A stretch of DNA of 64,000 bases from Eledone cirrhosa (Eukaryota). A program made the translations under genes and the position numbers. The notes under the pieces are model-generated. The model did no database searches, had not been told where the DNA came from, and saw nothing but the letters and a program-made list of their open reading frames with translations. The DNA lies in NCBI GenBank assembly GCA_964016885.1, contig OZ024743.1, forward strand, positions 68,138,001-68,202,000, written 5' to 3'. How positions within the stretch are numbered: position 1 is the stretch's first letter; each line of letters opens with the position of its first letter. Shown piece after piece: positions 1 through 12,954 of this stretch.

Positions 1-97
1 TTGCGGGAGAATAGAAAACAATATTTTCATTCCCGTCAAAACACTCAGCCAACGTGTCTCAAACACAAATTAATATTTATATCTATATATATATATA

Positions 98-255
98 AAA
101 ACAATGATTGCATAACTGCATCAATAATTGCGTAAATATCTAACGAAGTCACATGTATAACCATGTAACATAAATATATATAACGCAATGAAAGATTCAG
201 GTGACTTCGTCAGATGTTTACGCAATTATTGGTGCACTTATGCAATCTTTGTTAT
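98..255. repeat. ~55-bp imperfect inverted repeat (98-152 vs 201-255) between TA tracts; carries a CTGACGA half-motif
   Basis: AATAATTGCGTAAATATCTAACGAAGTCAC is the near reverse complement of GTGACTTCGTCAGATGTTTACGCAATTATT. Confidence 0.6.
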
Positions 256-307
256 ATGTGTAACAACTAAAATAAACAACACTCTTGTACAATATATGTA
301 TATATAC

Positions 308-380
<73 letters not shown>

Positions 381-401
381 TATACATATATATATATACA
401 C

Positions 402-507
<106 letters not shown>

Positions 508-1895
508 CGACTGGGCTACAGTCGTTTCGACAGCTAGATCCTGTGTTATTTGACAGCTATAAAGATGTTATTTGAGAGATACTTGGCTGTTATTTCTGTT
601 ACGTCAGTCTAGCAGACTTATGAAAAAAGGACGTTCAATCAGTGATCGTCTCATCTTTTATCTAGATATAGATTGTCTGTTATCACATTATCCAATTTAT
701 CGTTCCATCTTTTTTGACAGTAATATCTGATTAGAGATTGATTTGTCTCTACTTCCAGTTCGTCTAGCAACTACTAGCAACTACTAAAATCTCTTTTTTT
801 GGTTCCCCGATATTATGTATGTTTATTCCAATTGAAACATATATCTAAATTTTACTTAATATATGTCATGTGTATGTTGGTTGACTGGCACTCGGGTTTC
901 GCCAAGCCAGCGGCTAATTCGTCCGTAAAGAATGAATGAACCATATGACATATAATAAATATAACCGTGCTACATGTTTCTGTCCCCGTAACAGTAAATC
1001 ATTGATGCTATTTCTATACCAATAAATCCTAAATCCATAACACAACATTAATAAAGTTTACTTCAAAATTTCCTTTTTCTGTTCTTCTACAACTATCTGT
1101 ACCTTTTGAATCTGCTCGGTATATGTTGGAAAATATTTTCTTTTCCTTGTAGATTCAATCCATGTCTTCCTAACATTTATGGAAATAAAGTAAAAAGCAA
1201 ACTAAAGGATTATAGCTTCATATAACCATACAAAATAAAAATAACATTTTTGCTTTAGCCCAAATATATTCTCATTATTTATTAATAAGAACGTTATGTT
1301 ATATAAATGTATGAAAATGTGTCTCTCAGTGTATGTGAGATTGAATGAGCATGTGTGCGTTTGATCGTGTAGGTGTGAGTGCATGGTTTTATGGATACAC
1401 ACATATACATGGATACACATACACATACACATGGAAGCACTCAAACACCCACCCACGCCATATTACATCAGTCAATCAGTGTGTTATTGAAGTCAATAAA
1501 GCTAGTGAGTATTTTCATCCCACAATTTAACCGTCCATGTGTTGGCTGACATAGCTCTAGATTTGGAGGATTCAATCTGATTGCCAAGTTCAGTGAGATA
1601 GCAGGCTATCATAAATGTCACTATATGTATGAATGCGTGTATCTATGCATACGCGCGCGCGCGCGCGTGTGTGTCTGTGTGTGTATGTGTGTGTGTGTGA
1701 AAGTAAGTAGCTTCTGCGGTGAAAAGCTACATCAATTCATGGTTTAATTACATAATAGACGGTTATCACGTGCCAATAAACCCTGGAGTCTGGAAATGGA
1801 ACCAAATATATGCCTCATGTCGCGCAGCCAGACAATAGACTTTGCATTTACTACTTACAAATAGAGAGATAAATCGACACGTCAAAGAGGTAATT

Positions 1896-1959
<64 letters not shown>

Positions 1960-2194
1960 TATATTTAGAGTTATAAACTCAAACAGTCCTTTACAATTAA
2001 TTAGCTCAAAGAAAGAAGCATTTCTGAGCCGTGAAATACGGTTATTGCCAATATGGGTTTGTTTTTATTGATTTATTATTTTAAATCGAGACAGGCAAAC
2101 TACATTTATTTGAATTAGTTTATTTCATTCTAGCTAACTTGGTCTTTATAATACAAACACTTATGTGTTTATCATATATTAATTTATATTAACT

Positions 2195-2260
<66 letters not shown>

Positions 2261-2263
<3 letters not shown>

Positions 2264-2453
2264 CGTAGGAGTTGTGGTAAGGAACCAGATGGACCATAAC
2301 GCACCAGAGTAATCAATACTTAGGGTAGTTGAGTGGGTAAAAGGATAAAGTATGACCTCGACGGCAGGGCTCAAGCAATTTCGACCACTATTTCTGGACT
2401 GAAATAGCCGTCAAAACGGCTTGAGCTCTGCCGTCAGGGTCAAACATTTTCCT
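2261..2453. mobile_element. Short PLE pLTR-like fragment with internal inverted copy (family also at 505-545, 12412-12580, 12960-13120, 47432-47590)
   Basis: Shared GGTAAGGAACCAGATGGACCATAACGCACCAG...CAATACTTAGGGTAGT sequence; inverted arms GACCTCGACGGCAGGGCTCAAGC / GCTTGAGCTCTGCCGTCAGGGTC; TA flanks. Confidence 0.6.
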
Positions 2454-2723
2454 ATATATATATATACATATATTTATATATCAATGTATATATATGTTAC
2501 TACACACACACACACAACACACACAGAGACACACACACACTCATATATATAATATATATAAAGTAATAATAATAAAAATAAATGTAAAGATCCCGTTAAG
2601 GGTGAAAGCACCCATTCTTTGCTTAAACTTTAATCTCTTATTTTAATTTATATATATATATATACTTATATATTAACATATAGACAGACACACTAATATA
2701 TATATAAATATATATATATATAA

Positions 2724-2885
<162 letters not shown>

Positions 2886-2997
2886 TAAAATAACAGATTA
2901 AAGTTTAACTCGTTCCATGGACTGAGTGCTCTACCACTACGGATATTACCTTCCAGTGTTCTACCTCTATAATATAAAATATATATATTATATATAT

Positions 2998-3074
<77 letters not shown>

Positions 3075-3318
3075 GTGTGTGCGTGTGCGTCTGTGTGTCT
3101 GTGTCTGTTTCCGTGTGGGTATGCGTATGCGTGTGAGTGCGTGTGAATGTGTGTATTTTTCTATTCAATAAAGGACACCCTCTGACGCTACAGGTCTGTT
3201 TAGATTTTTGAAGAGTTTAGTGAGTGCATTTGACGTATTCTACATGTGTGTATAGTGTACAGACTCCATTTCCTCCCACACAGAGACATGGACATAATCT
3301 CATTGACACATAGATATG

Positions 3319-3403
<85 letters not shown>

Positions 3404-3534
3404 GAATATATATGTATTCATATATGCATGTATATATATATATATATACATACACACAAACACACACATACATGTATATGTATATATATATATGTATTTG
3501 TATATATATGTATTTGTATATATATATAATAATG

Positions 3535-3601
<67 letters not shown>

Positions 3602-3854
3602 GTATATACATATATAGAAATACAGAGATAATGCGGCACATATGTTGGTATATATATTAAGGTAATAACTAACAAGTAAATAAGGAGTGCAGGTGGTGTA
3701 TAATGTAGAAGAGCAGTTATTCTGACGTCAGTATTTTCTTATACATTTTCACAACTTTATTAATGCCAGGGATAAACAGAATCTTGAAACTATCGTAGAC
3801 AATATATGGGTTAAAAAATAATTGACTATAATTATGTATGTACGTATGGATGTT

Positions 3855-3904
<50 letters not shown>

Positions 3905-3905
<1 letters not shown>

Positions 3906-4111
3906 ATATCGATTGACTATCGTCAAATCGGACCGACTAAGCGGTCTTTCCATTTCCTAGTACTATCTACCGGTCGCAACTCCAGGTAGCAGGGGCAACG
4001 TGAAATAAAGTGTCTTGCTCAAGAGTATAACGCGTCACCTGGTCCAGGAATCGTACTCACAACTTCAAGATTTATGAATCCAATTCTCAAACCTCTCAGC
4101 CGCGCGCCTTC

Positions 4112-4112
<1 letters not shown>
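3905..4112 (-). mobile_element. tRNA-derived CORE-type SINE
   Basis: Minus strand has a tRNA-like head with A/B boxes followed by CTTGAGCAAGACACTTTATTTCACGTTGC; homologous to 53487-53700. Confidence 0.75.
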
Positions 4113-4207
<95 letters not shown>

Positions 4208-4562
4208 GTATATATGTACACACACACACACACACGTATATATATATATATATATATATAGATATATATATACATACATATCTATATATATACATACATT
4301 TATGCAGACCGGATAACTATGTTGCTTGTTTATTCCCATCCTTGCGTTGCTTTCATCCTTCTATGTTGTTACTTATCTCACTCGCTTTACGCGATTTACT
4401 TGTCCCAATAGCTTTTTTAGTTATTGCTCACACCAACCTGAGGTATATGATTTGTAATGCCATGCAATATCAATGATTGTTGGCAAATCACTGACGAAGG
4501 ACTATTTTTATCATATGTAACCCATGTGCAACCACGCAGTATTCTTCATTCTTGTCAAGTTT

Positions 4563-4788
<226 letters not shown>

Positions 4789-4817
4789 CATGTGTATATA
4801 TATATATATATATATAT

Positions 4818-5494
4818 AAGTATGTACACGTACATACCTATATGTATACAGACGTACAGTAGTATGTATATATATATACATACTTGCACACATATATACA
4901 TGTACGTATGGATTCCTCGAACATTTATTATAATGCTCGGTGTGTTTGTAAACAAACATCTCGTATTAAGCTGTAGTGTCTAGCAATCATCGTTGCTCGT
5001 TTGTTCAACACTGACAAAGGAACGCTGTACTAGTTTAAAGCTTATTAGCTATCGTCAGCAACGTATACCTTCCTGCCAGATTGTTGAACGTATATACTTA
5101 CCTTATGCATATTAACGTCTGAGTAGGCCAATTTGCATATCGAGTGGGTTAATCGGCCGGGTGCACCGAAAACGATAAACGAAAAAAATGAAACGAAATT
5201 TAATTTCCCACTCTTAGTACGGCTGTACTAAGAGTGGGAAATGAAATTTCGTTTCATTTTTTTCGTTTATCGTTTTCGGTGCACCCGGCCGATTAACCCA
5301 CTCGATATGCAAATTGGCCTACTCAGACGTTAATATGCATAAGGTAATACGGGATGTTTGTTTACAAATACACCGAGCCTTATAATAAATGTTCGAGGAA
5401 TCCATACGTACATATATATATATGTGTGCATGTATGTATATACATATACATACTACTGTACGTCTGTATACATATATGTATGTACGTGTACATA

Positions 5495-5500
<6 letters not shown>
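4818..5500. mobile_element. Fold-back copy of ~470-nt HHR unit (family A)
   Basis: Near-perfect hairpin with apex 5221-5224; homologous to 20035-21319; right arm lacks ~4969-5097. Confidence 0.8.
5021..5065 (-). ncRNA. Minimal hammerhead ribozyme, core mutated (GAAA->UAAA)
   Basis: ACGUUG CUGACGA U-AGC-UAAUAA-GCU-U UAAA C-UA-G UA CAGCGU; stem I differs from the 20-kb copies but still pairs. Confidence 0.7.
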
Positions 5501-5560
<60 letters not shown>

Positions 5561-5805
5561 TATTTGTTTTGCGTGGTTTTCGATATGAAATCGTGTGTCG
5601 AAACAAATATAGTTATACTTTGGGAGGGTCATATTTTTGTAATAATATTGCCAGAATTAATAACAGAACACACTCACTGTTTGGTTGGTTTTCGCTTCTG
5701 TATCTTTTATATCAGTTACTGCATTCGCTCCTCAATATTTACTATTGACTGAACAACGGTCAAAAATACAGATTTAATATAGATATAAACACATATATAT
5801 AGTCT

Positions 5806-5847
5806 AACAAAGTTCTTTCGTTGCACATCTGCAACATCTTCAGTGGT
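5806..5847 (-). ncRNA. Minimal hammerhead ribozyme (pLTR)
   Basis: CCA CUGAAGA U GUUGCA-GAUG-UGCAAC GAAA GAAC UU UG; stem I weak. Confidence 0.6.
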
Positions 5848-5903
5848 GATATTATGTTCCTCCTATTTGTATTGTATATTTACGCCATCTTTATTTAATT
5901 TGT

Positions 5904-5934
<31 letters not shown>

Positions 5935-6179
5935 TTTTTGTCTTCTTCTCTGCGCATACGTTTGCGTGATTGTATAGTATTTGGTCTGTGTATAATGTAG
6001 GGTGTGTGTTCGCGTTTGGGTGACTGTGTTTTGGTTATTGTATTCTATCTTAGTTTACTAACGTGTGTTTCTATTTGTTTGTTGTTATTGTGCTTGTGCA
6101 TATATTTATTTATTATTTATTTATTTATATTTCTCTTAGGTCAGTATTGTTTGTTTGGGTGCTGTTGTTATTCCATTAA

Positions 6180-7095
6180 TTTTTTTATGTTTAGCTTTGG
6201 CCTTCTAATTTCTATTTCACCGGCCTCTCTGATTTGCTTATCTGCTGGGTCATTTCTATGCTTAGATATTATTTTATTTTCTATGTTGTCTATATTACCC
6301 TCATGTTGTTGTCTGGCGTGTTCGTATAGTACTGAACCGTTTTTTCGTCCTTTTAGTTCCTCCCAGTGTTGGTCTATCCTTTCGCCTATGCTACGAGCTG
6401 TCTCGACTATATATGTTGTTATGTTTCTGCAAGTACTCTCTGTACATCTGATGCTATATACTGCGTTTCTAGTTTTACAGTTTATCCGGCGATTTATTTT
6501 ACATATAATACATTTCCTATTAGAATATGGGGTTTCTTAAAAGGGTATGTTTTGCTAATCAGGGATTTTATGGTAGTTCCTGGCTTTTCTACCACATTAA
6601 TCTTTAAATGGGCCTTTCTCAGGGCCTTTCTACACTGGGTAGCTAATTTCCCTCCATGGGAAACGTCCACGAACATGACACTCTGGTATCTCTGGTGGTT
6701 GTATTATAAGGTGGCTTTCCTTGTCATATGTTTAGTCCTATCTAAGCTATTCCATGATTTGCTCCTGTGTAATGGGCAAATTCCTTTAATGTCCAGTTCT
6801 ATGAGGGTCTTATACTTCTCCGTAGCTCCTTCGTATACTCTGATTCTGTCTCTTTCGTTGTAGCCAGAGGACTGCATATGGTTGATGAAGTGTTGGATGT
6901 ATCTTTCCATTTCTGTTGGGTGGCACATGTGGGACATGTTCTTCATCACTCGTACCATGTCTGCGATCAGAATAGTAAACTTAGCACTACTGGACATTAC
7001 TCCACCTCACTCTCACTGATTATCTCCACACATTTTTCCACAACAAAATCAATGTTAATGGATGGGTATAGTGATACTACGTGCTTAATGCCTCT
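6180..7095 (-). pseudogene. Degenerate, internally deleted PLE RT-GIY-YIG ORF
   Basis: Fragments VVSLYPSI (RT), MFVDVSHGGKLA..VVEKPG (linker) and NAVYSIRC..YIVETARSIGERIDQH (GIY-YIG). Confidence 0.8.
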
Positions 7096-7278
7096 TATGC
7101 AGTTAGATGGCCTCCAAATACCTGATACTCAAAAACACAGCAATGTCCAAAACACAGTCACCCAAACGCGAACGCTCCCCAAAAACTATACACACACGCA
7201 AAAATGTATAAATAAATAAATAAACAGATTAAATAAAGATAGCGTAAATATACAATACAACAGGAGGAACATAATAGC

Positions 7279-7320
7279 ACCACTGACGATGTTGCAGATA
7301 TGCAACGAAAGAACTTTGTT
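7279..7320 (+). ncRNA. Minimal hammerhead ribozyme (inverted pLTR copy)
   Basis: CCA CUGACGA U GUUGCA-GAUA-UGCAAC GAAA GAAC UU UG. Confidence 0.6.
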
Positions 7321-7544
7321 AGACTATATATATGTGTTTATATTTATATTATATCTGTATTTTTGATCGTTGATCAGTCAATGGGAAACATTGAGGAAGC
7401 ATGAATTAACTGATATAAAAGATACAGAAGCGAAAACCAACCAAATAGTGAGTGTGTTCTGTTATTAATTCTGGCAATATTATTACAACAATATGGCTCT
7501 CCCCAGTATAACAATATATATACATATATATATATATTGTTATG

Positions 7545-8090
7545 CTTTGGGAGGGTCATGTTGCCAACAAGTAACACGTGCGCCCCTTTCTTTCACTCCA
7601 ATTTATTATAAATTAAATTTATAAATTTCCGGTTGCTCGGTTTATTCCACAACCAGACGGTTGTTCATATATTGTCAAAGTTCTTTCGTCACACATTATA
7701 TGACCTCTTCAGGAACTGGGGATCCTTTTCTTTGTTTTTTGTGCCTCTGCTTTGTTCTGTCCTACGCCATCAGCAGATAGGCAAACCAGAGAGGCCATCT
7801 ACACAAAAACAAGATGGCGTAGGACAGAACAAAGGAGAGGCACAAAAGCAAAGAAAAGAATCCCAGTCACTGAAGAGGTCACATAATGTGTGACGAAAGA
7901 TATTTGACAATATATGAACAACCGTCCGGTTGTGGAACCAACCAACCAACCGGAAATGTATAAATTTATAAATTTATAAATTGAATTTATAATAAATTGG
8001 AGTGAAATCAACTAGTGCGTGTGTTTCTTATTGGCAACATGACCCTCCCGAAGTATAACAATATCGGTTTCAACACACGTTTTCAGATAA
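7545..8090. mobile_element. Non-autonomous fold-back pLTR pair (7545-7771 vs 7813-8090)
   Basis: Inverted arms each with an HHR (7674-7716 minus, 7866-7908 plus); terminal motif GGGAGGGTCAT shared with 5620 and 48475. Confidence 0.75.
7866..7908 (+). ncRNA. Minimal hammerhead ribozyme
   Basis: GUCA CUGAAGA G GUCACA-UAAUG-UGUGAC GAAA GAUA UU UGAC; stems I and II pair. Confidence 0.7.
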
Positions 8091-8322
8091 AGAATCTTGC
8101 TAAAAAAATTCAGAAACGAAATATATATATATAATGCATCAAATATTCTACAACAGAGAGTTTTAGAATGCTTGATACATTGTTGAATAGGAAACATGAA
8201 TTAAAATAACTTTTAAAACCATACTATGCACTAGAAAGAAAACCAAGTTTGCTAAGGTAACAAAATAATTTTACCTTTGTAAATTTCTTAATAGCAAATA
8301 TTTGGGATTATCAAATATACAC

Positions 8323-8415
<93 letters not shown>

Positions 8416-8606
8416 TATAGGATTATCCAAGATGTAGTGATGGTTAATTACTACACTGGATATGGTTGACGTATGGTAAGAGGTTACTCTACGAGTTATG
8501 GAAGAATTGTTCAAGAAATTTAGTTCCTGATCCTTCAGTATTCCGGAGTGTATATAAAGAATGAATAATAACAGTTAGACATCATAAAAAGGTAGTTTAT
8601 TCCGTG

Positions 8607-8718
8607 TGCTTACAAGTGTTTCCACGGTGGTACTGCAGCCTAGTTCCGCTACGTGCAAATTCACAAGTATTTGCAGAACTCGAATATCCAATGTTGTGAC
8701 CACTGTTTCCTCAGAGCA
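8607..8718 (-). ncRNA. Type I hammerhead ribozyme with extended stem II
   Basis: UGCU CUGAGGA A ACAGUGGU..(~70 nt)..ACCACCGU G GAAA C-ACUU-G UA AGCA. Confidence 0.75.
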
Positions 8719-9211
8719 GAATGGTAAATATACAATGTAAAAACCCTTAAGTGGGGTTGTTGGGGGAAGATAGAGTGGAACAGGAAGAGAGAAAAGTAGG
8801 GAAGAAGGAGAGAGAAGGAAAGATATGCAGGGGTTGGAGAAGTGGGAGAGAGTGGCTTGTAGATATCTTAATCAAAATGTTATGGTAGGGATTTTATTAG
8901 TTACTTTTGGAGAGATGCGTAGATAGTTGAGGTCGGAATTATTTATTGCCCCAGAGGTCAAGTTCATAGATGTTGAGAGGGAGGTAGGTCAAAGGTGAGA
9001 GAGAGAGAGTGTAATGGATGTAGAGAGAGATATATAGGTAGAGAGGGGACAGATAAATATGTGTGGTGAGTGAACTTTTTGTATTGTAGTAGTATTCTAG
9101 GAGTTGTACTGAGTTACCATGTATAGTGATAAGCAGTGTATTGTCTTGTAGTGTGGGGGGGAAGAGAAGGTTGTTAGCTAGAAAGTGGTGTTGTAGTTAC
9201 GGGTTCGAATG

Positions 9212-11311
9212 TTAAGTTATTTTATAGTGAGAGAATTTAGCTTTTAGTTTGTGGTTGCAGTATAATGATCGTTCAATTCTATCGTTAAGTAGTTTGTTTT
9301 TGGATTTTAGTATGTAAAATAGCTCAAGGTTACATAACCTGCAGTACTTCAAACCACTCCGATATGCATTTGCGCTGGAAAGTATATCCCATTTTAAGGT
9401 GAACTGTTGGTTGTGTTCACGGAGTTGCCAGGTCTTGTTGGCGAGCGTGGTCACAAAACGGTGATTCTGATGTTTGATTGAGAATCGATGACGGTACCAG
9501 CGAGATTTAAACGATGTGGTGGTAGATCCGATATAATACCATTTCTGGTCGTCCGATTCAACCGTGCATTGGTAAACAATGTTGGACTTTAGGCATTCAT
9601 TCTGCAATGGACATCTTTCAGGTAGATGGCAGTTACATGCTTTGTTGTGGGTGGCGGGTATACCATGGATAGGTTGTGATAGCGGTACAGGTGGGTTGTG
9701 CAATACCCGTCTCCCATTTAGTGGTTGGGAGGCAGATATTGCGTTCTGCCCATCTGTTACTAAAATGTTTTGTTTTGTAGAGTTGTTTAATTGCCTTAAG
9801 TTAAGTTTTTTTATGTATGCTTCAAAGTTTGGTGCCGTGGAGTATGATAGTCTAATAGTTTTGGAGTTCAGAATTTTGCTGTACTTATGGGAACTAGGGA
9901 AGTGTTTATTGATTAATTTAAAGAATGAAAGAGATAGTTTTGTACTAATCGAGGCATTAAAAATAGGATTATACCAGATATACTTTCTACAACGTGATTT
10001 ATTTGGTGGTGATCTTCTATTATTAGTATGTCTGGTAGTACAGTGTGTGTGTGCTTGTGTTTTAGTCCCCCGGTTACGTATACCTAGATTACGTGTAGAG
10101 CTATGTGTGTTGTGGAAATTACTATCGATGTATTCTATTGTATCCCGGTGGTCAGCATTCCTTAATGCATTATTGTAGTATTCAGCATGTTCGCTAAAAA
10201 TATCAGAGTTAGACGATAGGCGAGAGATTCTAAGAGAAATACTCCGGGGAACTGATTTGATCATGGAGAGTGGGTGGTTAGAGTTAAAGTCAATATACGT
10301 AAGGTTCTCATTTACCTTGTGGAAGGGTCGTATCTGTCCGGTATTTAAATTAAGAGTTACGTCCAGAAAGTTTACTACCTTAAGATTGTATTCGTATGTT
10401 ATTTTTAGACCCAGTTCACTAAAAGATTTTCTAATATTTTTCCGTAGCCTTTCAAGATTTTGGTTATTCAAGTTATTAACTAATAAGAGCCCGTCATCTC
10501 TATATATCCCCCCCTGTAGATTACTACATCTACTATGTAATATGTGGGCTATGTAAATTCCCACGAGATCCGTGACCTCCGCCGAGTCGTTGGAACCCAT
10601 GGTAATATCGAAATTTGTGGGTCTGTCCTTACGTTCCCAGTAGCAGTTATCGAACTTAATAATGGTTTTTCTAGCCTCGAGAATAATATTAATTTCGTCC
10701 TCCGTTAGGTCGGAATTGGCCTTAGCAAACGATAGGGCCTTACGAAAAGTGCTTGGTGAGATGGAAGAGTAGTATTCGTCTATGTCAAATTGTATAAACT
10801 TAGATTTATTCTTATTCTTAACATTATTAAACCAGCGAATTGCTTCGCTAGTGTTGCCCCATAATTTAATTTCAATTTTCTTTTTCACTTGAGTTATTAC
10901 TCTGTCAAGTATATGTTTACTAATTTTCCCTATGTCTGATTTAGAAGGGCATATAAGTCTTATCTTAGGGTTAGAGTCAAAATTTACCTTATGGTCCTTC
11001 AGGTTGAAGGTGGGGGTAGCGGGTATAATCGGCTCGGTTCTATCGTCTATCTTGAGATTCTTTACCACTTTATATGCCTCGTTGTTAATATTTGCTAGCG
11101 TAGTTTCATTTGTTTTTCTATATTTTTTGTGTAGTTCTTTGCGTATGAAGTTATTATACGTATCGATATCCATGGTATACACGTTAGAAGTCTTGTCAGC
11201 TTTCACAACAATTCCATTGGTATTTTGCAATCTTCGGAGTAGTGCTTTCATGTTGTTCTGCAGCTCATTATTTCTATGTCTGTTGAACTTAATGTTCATG
11301 GTAGTTTTCAA
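9212..11311 (-). CDS. PLE reverse transcriptase + GIY-YIG endonuclease (Naiad-like); uninterrupted frame, truncated at ~11339
   Basis: Motifs ADKTSN, QFDIDEYYSSI, FDITMGS, GGIYRDDGL, FLDVTL, CNCHLPERCPLQNECL, IVYQC..YYIGST..R, CRLCNLE, CNH. Confidence 0.93.
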   Translation of the reverse strand: MKTTMNIKFNRHRNNELQNNMKALLRRLQNTNGIVVKADKTSNVYTMDIDTYNNFIRKELHKKYRKTNETTLANINNEAYKVVKNLKIDDRTEPIIPATPTFNLKDHKVNFDSNPKIRLICPSKSDIGKISKHILDRVITQVKKKIEIKLWGNTSEAIRWFNNVKNKNKSKFIQFDIDEYYSSISPSTFRKALSFAKANSDLTEDEINIILEARKTIIKFDNCYWERKDRPTNFDITMGSNDSAEVTDLVGIYIAHILHSRCSNLQGGIYRDDGLLLVNNLNNQNLERLRKNIRKSFSELGLKITYEYNLKVVNFLDVTLNLNTGQIRPFHKVNENLTYIDFNSNHPLSMIKSVPRSISLRISRLSSNSDIFSEHAEYYNNALRNADHRDTIEYIDSNFHNTHSSTRNLGIRNRGTKTQAHTHCTTRHTNNRRSPPNKSRCRKYIWYNPIFNASISTKLSLSFFKLINKHFPSSHKYSKILNSKTIRLSYSTAPNFEAYIKKLNLRQLNNSTKQNILVTDGQNAISASQPLNGRRVLHNPPVPLSQPIHGIPATHNKACNCHLPERCPLQNECLKSNIVYQCTVESDDQKWYYIGSTTTSFKSRWYRHRFSIKHQNHRFVTTLANKTWQLREHNQQFTLKWDILSSANAYRSGLKYCRLCNLELFYILKSKNKLLNDRIERSLYCNHKLKAKFSHYKIT

Positions 11312-12167
11312 TAAGTCCTGTTCGAAAGCTTCGAGGTGAGAAATGGTATTATATCGGATCTACCACCACATCGTTTAAATCTCGCTGGTACCGTCATCGA
11401 TTCTCAATCAAACATCAGAATCACCGTTTTGTGACCACGCTCGCCAACAAGACCTGGCAACTCCGTGAACACAACCAACAGTTCACCTTAAAATGGGATA
11501 TACTTTCCAGCGCAAATGCATATCGGAGTGGTTTGAAGTACTGCAGGTTATGTAACCTTGAGCTATTTTACATACTAAAATCCAAAAACAAACTACTTAA
11601 CGATAGAATTTAACGATCATTATACTGCAACCACAAACTAAAAGCTAAATTCTCTCACTATAAAATAACTTAACATTCGAACCCGTAACTACAACACCAC
11701 TTTCTAGCTAACAACCTTCTCTTCCCCCCACACTACAAGACAATACACTGCTTATCACTATACATGGTAACTCAGTACAACTCCTAGAATACTACTACAA
11801 TACCAAAAGTTCACTCACCACACATATTTATCTGTCCCCTCTCTACCTATATATCTCTCTCTACATCCATTACACTCTCTCTCTCTCTCACCTTTGACCT
11901 ACCTCCCTCTCAACATTTATGAACCTGCCCTCTGGGGCAATAAATAATTCCGACCTCAACTATCTACGCATCTCTCCAAAAGTAACTAATAAAATCCCTA
12001 CCATAACATTTTGATTAAGATATCTACAAGCCACTCTCTCCCACTTCTCCAACCCCTGCATGTCTTTCCTTCTCTCTCCTTCTTCCCTACTTTTCTCTCT
12101 TCCTGTTCCACTCTATCTTCCCCCAACAACCCCACTTAAGGGTTTTTACATTGTATATTTACCATTC

Positions 12168-12279
12168 TGCTCTGAGGAAACAGTGGTCACAGCATTGGAT
12201 ATTCGAGTTCTGCAAATACTTGTGAATTTGCACGTAGCGGAACTAGGCTGCAGTACCACCGTGGAAACACTTGTAAGCA
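12168..12279 (+). ncRNA. Type I hammerhead ribozyme with extended stem II (inverted copy)
   Basis: Core CTGAGGA 12172-12178, GAAA 12264-12267, GTA 12273-12275, stem I TGCT/AGCA. Confidence 0.75.
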
Positions 12280-12326
12280 CACGGAATAAACTACCTTTTT
12301 ATGATGTCTACCTGTTATTATTCATT

Positions 12327-12411
<85 letters not shown>

Positions 12412-12414
<3 letters not shown>

Positions 12415-12580
12415 CGAAGGAAATGTGGTAAGGAACCAGGTGGACCATAACGCACCAAAGTACTCAATACTTAGGGTAGTAGAGTGGGTAATAGGAACGA
12501 GTAGGACCCCGACGGCTGAGCTCAAGAATTAGCCGTCAAAACGGCTTGAGCTCAGCCGTCGGGGTCCTACTCGTTCCTAT
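12412..12580. mobile_element. Short pLTR-like fold-back fragment in (TA)n
   Basis: Perfect arms ATAGGAACGAGTAGGACCCCGACGGCTGAGCTCAAG / CTTGAGCTCAGCCGTCGGGGTCCTACTCGTTCCTAT. Confidence 0.7.
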
Positions 12581-12602
12581 ATATATATATATATATATAT
12601 AT

Positions 12603-12770
12603 AATAATTTTCTGCTGGCACAAGGCCAGTAATTACCCAGTGCATTACTGAGAGTTTATGTTATCGACCGCATACGTATGAAAAGCAAAGTTAACCTTGG
12701 CAGGATTTTAATTCAGACCGTAAAGGGCCGTAACTGTGTGATCCAAAGTATGGCATCGGACCACCCTACC
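12603..12770 (-). mobile_element. tRNA-derived SINE with Meta-domain-like core
   Basis: Diverged reverse complement of the 23-kb SINE consensus. Confidence 0.7.
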
Positions 12771-12808
12771 TTGTTTCACCTTAGCGGATCCTCATCTCGT
12801 AATCATTA

Positions 12809-12846
12809 CGAGCTGAGGATCCGCTAAGATGAAACAATTGTTCTCG
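12809..12846 (+). ncRNA. Minimal hammerhead ribozyme within hairpin 12771-12837
   Basis: CGAG CUGAGGA UCCGCUAAGAU GAAA C-AAUU-G UU CUCG; palindromic stem III ACAAUUGU. Confidence 0.65.
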
Positions 12847-12911
12847 GTATGGTGAACTAAGTGTTGTGTAACCACTTCTAGAATATATTATATATATTAA
12901 TAATATATATA

Positions 12912-12954
<43 letters not shown>

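Larger units (their letters stand above)
5570..7500 (-). mobile_element. Neptune-like PLE relic with inverted pLTR arms (~5635-6030 vs ~7150-7495)
   Basis: Arms are reverse complements, each with an HHR; coding relics lie between them. Confidence 0.75.
8551..12330 (-). mobile_element. Naiad-like Penelope-like element, 5'-truncated, with ~990-bp inverted copy of its 3' end (11339-12330)
   Basis: 11339-12330 is the reverse complement of 8551-9546 with few mismatches; both outer ends run into TA repeats. Confidence 0.92.

Noticed and set aside
4491-4497. Isolated CTGANGA motifs (also ~25379, ~27345, ~39945, ~42430, ~43012; CTGAAGGA at ~8532)
   Set aside because: No correctly placed GAAA and stems; not counted as ribozymes.
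8551-9212. SECIS in the 3' UTR of the intact PLE
   Set aside because: The ORF has no in-frame TGA and no convincing SECIS stem was seen.
9579-11339. Plus-strand ORFs overlapping the PLE ORF
   Set aside because: Antisense shadows with no recognisable motifs.
11431-11613. Separate small GIY-YIG gene
   Set aside because: Part of the inverted duplicate, with a premature TAA.
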